DNA from: Folioceros fuciformis | Lineage: Eukaryota | Reading direction: 5' to 3' | DNA length: 64,000 bases | Assembly (NCBI GenBank): GCA_049999805.1 | Contig: JBNGIO010005800.1 | Location: 125,031-189,030, forward strand | Part shown: positions 9,098 through 16,551 of the stretch, in pieces | How the letters are laid out: every line of letters begins with the position of its first letter | Numbering within the stretch: position 1 is the first letter of the stretch | Translations under genes and position numbers: made by a program | The notes under the pieces: generated by a model | Databases searched by the model: none | Told to the model about the DNA's origin: nothing | The model's input: only the letters and a program-made list of their open reading frames with translations

Positions 9098-12000
9098 ATG
9101 GTGGTGCAGCTGGAGCTATGTCTATCAGCCAAGCCGAGCTCTTATTTGAGGGATGCAGGATGTGTGCTGAGCAACAGCTGCGAGAGCCCAGTTGGGTTAC
9201 AAGGGCAGCGTCATATGGGGTCGTCTGCTGGTGCAAGCACTGGGTACGAGGAGGGGGTGACGAAAAAAGCGCGGCAGGAGCTGCTGTGGCACCATTTCTT
9301 CTCGAACCCCTTGGAGTGGTCGGACAACAGGCCTGAGAGGAAGGGCCCTCGGCATTCTGACTTCAGGCACAAGATCTCCAGGCAGCCTTTGCGGCTGAAC
9401 AGCTCTGACAAGCCAGCTTGGGTGAACTCGCAGCTGGCCAGCAGGGATTATGACCAGGACTCTGAAGTGCAGACCTTGTTGAAGCGCTGCAAGGAGGCAG
9501 AGCTACGCCAGGCTGTGGAGGCGTTGGAGCAGCTGGTGCAGCGGGGATGCTATGTGAGCGACACTCTCTTCTCTCGTGTCCTCAAGAGGTGCGTTGCAAC
9601 AAGAGATCTTGTTAGTGGTAGGCTAGTCCATTCTCTTGCTCTCAAAGGGGGGCGCGAGTCTAATGCATTCTTGGCCACTCACATCATTGGCATGTACGCT
9701 TCCCATGGCAAATTGGAAGACGCCATGCAGGTGTTCGGTCAGGTGACCAATCCCAGCATCTACATGTGGTCTTCCATCATCTTGGCTCATGCTCGACATG
9801 GACAGCCCTCACAGGCCATCAGCTTCTATCGGCAGATGCGGGAATCAGGTGTTGAACCGGACAGCCATATCTTCGTGGCAGCTCTCAAGGCGTGTGCAGC
9901 CGCAAAGAAGTTAAATTTGGGCAAGGAGGTTCATGCTGACATTCAGGCAACTGCTTTCAAGGTGGATGTTTTCGTTGGCAACAGCTTGGTGCACATGTAC
10001 GCTCAATGTGGCAGCTTGGATGATGCTCGCAAAGTGTTTGAAGGTTTGTCCAGAAGAGATGTAGTGACCTGGACTGCTATGATTGCAGGATACAGCCGCC
10101 AGGGGTTGGGGCAAGAAGCTCTAGCTCTGTATGCAAGGATGCAACACGAAGGCCGCACTCCAGCGAATCATGTCACATTTCTGTGCCTTCTCCATGCGTG
10201 TGCAAGTGTGGGAGCACTGCAGCAGGGGAAGGAACTTCACTCGCAGATTCGAGAACGAGGGCTTGAAGCAAATGTAGCCATTGGTAACTACTTAGTGAAC
10301 ATGTATGCGAAGTGCGGGAGCTTGGAGGATGCCCGCAAAGTGTTTGACAGTTTATTATGCAGGGATGTGGTTACATGGACTGCAATGATCGCAGGGTATT
10401 GTCAGCAGGGGCTCGGTGGAGAAGCCCTGGCCCTGTATGGCAGCATGCAATGCGAAGGCATGGTGGAAGCCAATCATGTCACATTTGCATGCCTTCTCCA
10501 GGCTTGTGCAAGTGTGGGAGCACTGCAGCAAGGAAAACAGGTTCACGCACAGATTCGTGAAAGGGGTTTTGAGGCAGATGTGGTGATTGGTAATTCCTTG
10601 GTCAATATGTATGCCAAATGCGGGGCATTAGGCGATGCACGAAAGATCTTTGATGGTCACGTGGGTAGGAAGGATGTGGTGACATGGACTGCCATGATTG
10701 CAGGATATGCCCAGCAGGGGCTTGGTGAGGAAGCGCTTTCTGTGTATGAAGACATGCGGAAGGAAGGAATCACTCCAGCGGATCAGGTTACTTTTGTGTG
10801 TCTTCTTCAAGCATGCTCGAGTGTGGGAGCACTGCAGCACGGGAAGGAGGTGCACTCACAGATTCGGGAAAGAGGCATGGAGGCTGATCCAATCCTTGGC
10901 AGTTGCCTTGTGGACATGTATGCAAAATGTGGATGCGTAGAGGATGCACGTCTTGTGTTTGACAAGCTGCCCAGGAGGGATGTGGTGACATGGACTGCCA
11001 TGATTGCCGGGTATTCCCAGCAGGGGCTCGGTCGGGAAGGTTTGGCTCTTTACGAATGCATGCAGGAAGAGGGCATCACTCCAGCAGATCATGTCACTTT
11101 CATGTGCCTTCTCCAAGCGTGCAGCAGTGTGGGAGCATTCCAGCAGGGGAAGGAGCTTCACTTGCAGATCCGCAAAAGAGGCCTTGAGGGCGATGCATTC
11201 ATAGGCAGCTGCCTTGTGGACATGTATTCCAAATGTGGGAGTATGGCGGATGCCCGTGAAGTGTTCGACGGATTGCTCACGAAGACTTCGGTGACATGGA
11301 CAGCATTGCTGTATGGCTATGCGGAACACAGTGATGCTCACACAGCAATCCAGTGCTTTGTGGACATGCTCCAGCAAGGGGTCCAGCCAGACGAGACAAC
11401 CTTTACGTGTCTTCTTGTGGCCTGCAGTCATGCGGGCCTGGTTCACGAGGGCCAGCGGTTCTTCAGGATGATGGTCGATGAGTATGGAATCTTGCCCTCA
11501 GATCACCACCACTGTTGCATGGTTGATCTTCTCGGCAGATCCGGCAAACTAGAGGAGGCGGAAGTTTTGTTACGAAGTACAATAGCGAGGGATGTTGTTG
11601 GATGGACAGCGCTGCTGACTGCCTGCAAGAGCTACGGTGATGTAGAACGCGGGCAAAGGTGTTTTGATCATCTCGTAGAATTAGCACCTGATCTTGCAAG
11701 CTCCTATCTCCTGTTAGAGAACCTGTACGCAGATGCAGGAAGGTTCGATGACGTAGATAGGATAGAAAGCTTGAGGAAGTCATCCGGTGCTACCAAGAAA
11801 GCTGCCAAAGCGTGCATCGAAGTGGACAAGGAGGTGCATGAGTTCACAGTCGGGGAGGAGAGGTCTGACATATCCGCAAAACTGAGGAGCGTGACTACAC
11901 GGTTGAGGGAGGAAGGAGGACATGTTCCCCACACACAGCTAGTCCTGAAGGCACTGTCCGAGCAAGAGAAGGAGGATGCCTTGTGCGGGCATGCGGAGAA

Positions 12001-12199
12001 ACTTGCTCTGGCATATGGTCTCCTCCACACTCCAGATGGCACCACACTGCTCGTCACCAAAAATCTGCGCATGTGCAACGACTGCCACAGCAGCACCAAG
12101 ATCATGTCACGCCTCGAGAAGCGAGAGATCATCGTGAGAGACAGGCATGGAGTACATCGATTCGTGGATGGCCGTTGTTCTTGTAAAGACGGGCATTAA
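9098..12199 (+). CDS. PLS-class PPR protein with degenerate N-terminal PDF motif and DYW:KP-like domain ending DGH (PPR-C, 1033 aa)
   Basis: Intronless paralog. PDF-like segment 9278-9436 (WSDNR..HSDF..LRL); C-terminus HAEKLA...CNDCH...CSCKDGH. Confidence 0.93.
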   Translation: MVVQLELCLSAKPSSYLRDAGCVLSNSCESPVGLQGQRHMGSSAGASTGYEEGVTKKARQELLWHHFFSNPLEWSDNRPERKGPRHSDFRHKISRQPLRLNSSDKPAWVNSQLASRDYDQDSEVQTLLKRCKEAELRQAVEALEQLVQRGCYVSDTLFSRVLKRCVATRDLVSGRLVHSLALKGGRESNAFLATHIIGMYASHGKLEDAMQVFGQVTNPSIYMWSSIILAHARHGQPSQAISFYRQMRESGVEPDSHIFVAALKACAAAKKLNLGKEVHADIQATAFKVDVFVGNSLVHMYAQCGSLDDARKVFEGLSRRDVVTWTAMIAGYSRQGLGQEALALYARMQHEGRTPANHVTFLCLLHACASVGALQQGKELHSQIRERGLEANVAIGNYLVNMYAKCGSLEDARKVFDSLLCRDVVTWTAMIAGYCQQGLGGEALALYGSMQCEGMVEANHVTFACLLQACASVGALQQGKQVHAQIRERGFEADVVIGNSLVNMYAKCGALGDARKIFDGHVGRKDVVTWTAMIAGYAQQGLGEEALSVYEDMRKEGITPADQVTFVCLLQACSSVGALQHGKEVHSQIRERGMEADPILGSCLVDMYAKCGCVEDARLVFDKLPRRDVVTWTAMIAGYSQQGLGREGLALYECMQEEGITPADHVTFMCLLQACSSVGAFQQGKELHLQIRKRGLEGDAFIGSCLVDMYSKCGSMADAREVFDGLLTKTSVTWTALLYGYAEHSDAHTAIQCFVDMLQQGVQPDETTFTCLLVACSHAGLVHEGQRFFRMMVDEYGILPSDHHHCCMVDLLGRSGKLEEAEVLLRSTIARDVVGWTALLTACKSYGDVERGQRCFDHLVELAPDLASSYLLLENLYADAGRFDDVDRIESLRKSSGATKKAAKACIEVDKEVHEFTVGEERSDISAKLRSVTTRLREEGGHVPHTQLVLKALSEQEKEDALCGHAEKLALAYGLLHTPDGTTLLVTKNLRMCNDCHSSTKIMSRLEKREIIVRDRHGVHRFVDGRCSCKDGH

Positions 12200-12246
12200 G
12201 AGTTTGCCTTCACCTCGTCTTCGCGCAGGACGAAATACGGTCGACC

Positions 12247-12329
12247 CTTTGTAAATGTGACCTCCCTATTATACTTTGTAAATGTTTCCTCCCTATTATA
12301 CTTTGTAAATGTGACCTCCCTAAATGTTA
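12247..12329. repeat. 27-bp tandem repeat (~3 copies) at the left end of the transposon
   Basis: CTTTGTAAATGT(GA/TT)CCTCCCTATTATA starting at 12247, 12274 and 12301. Confidence 0.85.
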
Positions 12330-12609
12330 TACTCCAAAGAGTGAAGTTTGGATACCCTCTAGTTGGGGATTAAAGTTAAATATTATTTTTTAATAAATAT
12401 TATATATTATTTGTTTTATGAAAATAGGTACTCTCAATCATTATAGTTTAATTTTATAAATATTATTTTTATTTTATTTTTATATAAATAAAATGATATA
12501 TATATTATACTTAAAATAACATAGATAATATCAATTTTTAACTTATCCCATTACAATGCGGGACTTGGATGGGGGCCGAAAGTAAGGGGACTTGGATGGG
12601 CCCAAAGTA

Positions 12610-13520
12610 AGAGAAGGAGGAGAGAACAAGGAGGCTTAAAGCAAAGGTGGAAGAAGAGAGCAAGGAGAAGAAGGAAGCAAGAAGTAAGAAGCAATTGGCA
12701 GCAAGGAGCAAGAGGAGCAGGGAGCAAGAAGGAGCAAGAGGAGCAAGAGGGAGCAAGAGGGAGCAAGAGAAGCAAGAGGGAGCAAGAGGGAGCAAGAGGG
12801 AGCAAGAGAAGCAAGAGGGAACAAGAGAAGCAAGAGGAGCAAGAAGAAGCAAGGAGCAATAGGGAGCAAGGAGCAAGAGAAGCAAGAGGGAGCAAGGAGC
12901 AAGAGGGAGCAAGGAGCTAGAGGGAGCAAGGAGCAAGAGGGAGCAAAGAACAAGAGGGAGCAAGGAGCAAGAGGGAGCAAAGAACAAGAGGGAGCAAGGA
13001 GCAATAGGGAGCAAGGAGCAATAGGGAGCAAGGAGCAAGAAGGAGCAAGATGAGCAAGAGGGAGCAAGGAGCAAGAGGGAGCAAGGAGCAATAGGGTGCA
13101 AGGAGCAAGAGGGAGCAAGAGAAGCAAGAGGGAGCAAGGAGNNNNNNNNNNGGTGCAAGGAGCAAGAGGGAGCAAGAGAAGCAAGAGGGAGCAAGGAGCA
13201 ATAGAGTGCAAGGATCAAGAGGGAGCAAGAGAAGCAAGAGGGAGCAAGGAGCAAGAGGGAGCAAGGAGCAAGAGGGAGCAAGGGGCAAGAGGGAGCAAGG
13301 AGCAATAGGGTGCAAGGAGCAAGAAGGAGCAAGAGAAGCAAGAGGGAGCAAGGAGCAATAAAGTGCAAGGATCAAGAGGGAGCAAGAAAAGCAAGAGGGA
13401 GCAAGGAGCAAGAGGGAGCAAGGAGCAAGAGGGAGCAAGGAGCAAGGGGAGAAGGCAAGAGAAAGAGGACCAACATAGGGAGAAGGCAAGAGAGAGAGGA
13501 CCAACAGAGGAGGAGGGAGG
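12610..13520. repeat. Purine-rich compound satellite (GGAGCAA / GAGGGAGCAA / GAGAAGCAA units) containing an 11-N assembly gap
   Basis: Directly visible; Ns at 13142-13152 with duplicated flanks. Confidence 0.95.
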
Positions 13521-13750
13521 GAGCGCGTGAGTACTATACAATGTTGTAAGTATGTACCTATGTATGTATATAGGAGTGTGCGAAGTAAAAAATTATTTTT
13601 CTGTATTTTTTTTAACTAAGTTTGATATTTATTATTTTTATATTATTTTTCATTATTTTTTCTTATTTCATGATAGTCTTAAGCCTGCAAATCCTATAAC
13701 TATCTATCTTGGCAGTTCTTTTTACGGCTTTGTTTTCATGGTTTAGGACG

Positions 13751-14708
13751 ATGGAAGGAAATGTCACTATCTCTGACGATATGTTGTGTGAAATGGGAAA
13801 ACAGTTCTTTGATAGATTACCAGAAGCAGAAAGGTTGGAAAAAGCACTAACATTTTCTCATGGTTGGGTGGCAAAGTTTAAATATCGACATGACATCAAA
13901 AGTTTTGTGAAGCATGGAGAAGTTGCAAGTGCTGACATATTGCAGGTGGTTCAAGATAGAATGGAAGACATTAGAAGTATCATGCAAGGATACGAGCCTC
14001 AGAATATTTTTAACATGGATGAAACAGGGTTGTTCTATAGATTGGAACCGAACAAAACATTAGCAACGAAGAGGCTGAGTGGGAAGAAAACTCCAAAGGA
14101 AAGGCTAATTGTTGCTTTGACAACCAATATGGATGGTAGTTCTAAATTACCACCCTTTGTGATCAACAAATTCTTGAGGCCCAGAGCTTTTACTAGTCGC
14201 AACATTGGACAAGTGGAGAATTTGAGTATTCATTGGTCAACAAACTCAAATGCTTGGATGTCGATGCCTTTATTTGAGTAATTTATTCTCTTTTTTGATG
14301 CGAACATGAGAGTTAGGGGCCATACTAATGTCTTGCTTCTTTTGGATAATGCTCATGTTCATAAATTATCAGCTGAGACACAAAGTAGGCTTCAAATTAC
14401 AAGGGTTGAATTTTTTCCTCTTAATGTTATGGTTCATTACCAACCAATGGATGCAAGCATTATACAGTCTTTTAAGGCCAATTATAGAAAAAGGCTTGTT
14501 TCTTTTAAGACCAATTACAGAAAAAGGCTTGTTTAGGGTTTAGGGTTTAGGGTTTAGGCTTGTTCAGCATCAAATCCAAGAGATTCAAAATGGTAATTCT
14601 CCTCTTATTGATGTATATTATGCTGTGACTATGTTAGAAAAAGCTTGGCGTACCGATGTTAAAGGAAAAATCATTAGAAATTGTTGGAAATACTTTGGGT
14701 TATGGTAA
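13751..14708 (+). pseudogene. pogo/CENP-B-like DDE_1 transposase pseudogene
   Basis: FSHGWVAKFKYRH, IFNMDETGLFY, KERLIV, NAWM, LLLLDNA, QPMD..II.SFKANYRK and AWRTDV..IRNCWK motifs. In-frame TAA at 14279-81; telomeric insertion and frameshift at ~14531-14558. Confidence 0.88.
14531..14558 (+). repeat. Interstitial telomeric tract (GTTTAGG)x4
   Basis: gtttagggtttagggtttagggtttagg inside the transposase relic. Confidence 0.9.
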
Positions 14709-15499
14709 GAGAGAGCAAGTGCTAGGATGTTGGATATAGATTTAAATCAACTTAGTTTTGAGACATGGAATGTTAATAGTGATGATGAGCAACAGCAAGA
14801 CAACCAAACAACACCTGAAGATTTGTTTAATAGAAATTACGCAGAAATAGAAATACATCTTTGTTAGTTGAGGGATTTGGGACTTGGCACAACAGGATTG
14901 ACCCCTACTATGTTTACATAAGAATTTGTTGATTATGAGGTAACAAATGTATGTGTTATCTTTCTACTCCGGATGCAAGTGATATATATGGGCTTCCATT
15001 CAACTACCACCCGAAAATGAAGTTATCGATGTTGAAAATTCTACTGAAGAATATTATCAAGAAAGGCCTATTTTAGGTCGTGCTTAAGTGGAAGATGCAC
15101 TTGGGATGATACGCATGTTTTTTGGAACAACAACGAAATGACATGATGTCTACAACTTGGAATTTGCAACAAATTGAGAAAGAAGGTCTAAAGCAAGTTA
15201 GGTCTTCTTTGAAACAAGTAAAAATAACCCATTTTGAAGTTCATTTCTTATTTTATTTATTATAAACTTATAATATTATTAAGTATATAATATTTATATT
15301 ATTTATTTAATAAAATATATAATAAATAAATAACAATATATAATATATTTCACGTTTTAAATATTTTTCATAAATTTAAATATTTTATTTTTAATAAATA
15401 CTTAAATTCTGTAATTGTTACACCTCTTTAAATGTTATCCAATGCCCTACTCCCAACAGGTAACATTTAGGGAGGGTGGATTGTATCGCTGACACAAGA

Positions 15500-16150
15500 C
15501 CATGACTCGGGCTGGTGGAGACCACCGGGGGACGACCAGCGGTGGCCCACTGGATGCATGCGCATGGATCTCGTGCGTGTTTCCACGCAACATCCTCCAC
15601 CGGTTATCGGAAAGGGCCAGGAAGTCCACCAACGTGCAGTACATAAACGGTGTTGTCCACGCGTGTATCCCAGAGTGCTCGAGATCCTCCACCATGAGAT
15701 GACTGCAGTTGGAACGGAAACTGGCTGTTGTGAGTTGGGTGAGCATAAGAGACGGCCGTTGCCTTCATTTTACGAGACTCTCGTGGGCCATGGTTCACAG
15801 AAGTGCCACTCTCCTACGGCTCACAACAGGTGGAGCCTGTGGAGTCAAGGCAACTACATACAGTACTGCCTGAAGCGATGATGTCACTACCTGAATCTGC
15901 CTTGAATTGAACATTGAACTACAATGAGCAAAAGGAGCAGTCTCGGCAGGAGAATTGGTACAACTCGTCGCGTCTCCACGACGTACAGTATGTACTGTGT
16001 GGGCCTCGGTACCGAATCTCCTTTTGTTTCGTCTTCCAAGAGCACGATAACAAGTGCCTTGTGGAACGCACGCTCACAATTCATACGTCTGTAGAGCTCG
16101 CTGACTTGTGTCCATTTCTTGTCGCAGTCGGACTCAAGTCTTAGTCGACA
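15500..16150 (-). pseudogene. Possible highly decayed PPR gene relic
   Basis: Minus-strand fragments such as LMVEDLEHSGIHAWTTPFMYCTLVDFLA resemble the L2-S2 junction (M..DHGI.P..HY.CMVDLL). No intact ORF. Confidence 0.3.
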
Positions 16151-16441
16151 CTGCGCAGGTGGCACGTACAGATATGTCGATCAACAGCTTAGAATGGATT
16201 GGTACCAGCTGGCCCGACCTCGTCCATAGAAAAGGATATGGGACCCGTTTCTCCAGTCAGACCAAGACCAGGTCTTCCACATAGGCCAGGAAAGGACCGG
16301 TAGCAGCATGACACAGCACCTGGTGGATGCCCAAAAGCATTTCCGTGATCACATGGAGGATCACCGTCAACGCACCCGGGCACGACTCTAAAGATGAAGG
16401 CGATGTGAGAGTGACGTCGTCTCGGCGTGGCATCACTATGC

Positions 16442-16449
16442 CTATAAAG
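16442..16449 (+). promoter_or_regulatory. Putative TATA box of GULLO-like gene 1
   Basis: CTATAAAG ~110 bp upstream of ATG 16552. Confidence 0.45.
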
Positions 16450-16551
16450 CGGCGTCACCAACCATTAATGTCACCGATCAGCTCAGCTGTAGAGGTGCGG
16501 TTGGAAGGCTGCAGGAGGGAAAAGCCTCTTCCGCACAGCAGTGAGGTTGTC

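Larger units (their letters stand above)
12238..15483 (+). mobile_element. Degenerate pogo/Tigger-like (Tc1/mariner superfamily) DNA transposon
   Basis: AT-rich block flanked by TA (12236-37, 15484-85). Imperfect 25-bp TIRs: CGGTCGACCCTTTGTAAATGTGACC vs reverse complement of the right end CAATCCACCCTCCCTAAATGTTACC (18/25). A subterminal CCTCCCTAAATGTTA at 12315-12329 matches the right end exactly. Contains an internal DDE_1 transposase relic. Confidence 0.8.

Noticed and set aside
9278-9436. Idea that PPR-C PDF substitutions are repaired by C/U editing of its own mRNA (TCT>CCT, CGG>TGG)
   Set aside because: They are ordinary transitions, the third change (TCG for TGG) is not editable, and there is no evidence for such editing of nuclear transcripts.
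12538-13549. Long Leu/Ala/Pro/Ser/Cys-rich and Arg/Glu/Gly-rich ORFs
   Set aside because: They are translations of the purine satellite, with no independent coding evidence.
16327-16551. N-terminal extensions given by the ORF track for GULLO-1 (also GULLO-2 from 26071 and SYF1 from 55438)
   Set aside because: Signal peptides or homology begin at downstream ATGs (16552, 25921, 55606), and a TATA-like box lies within the GULLO-1 extension.
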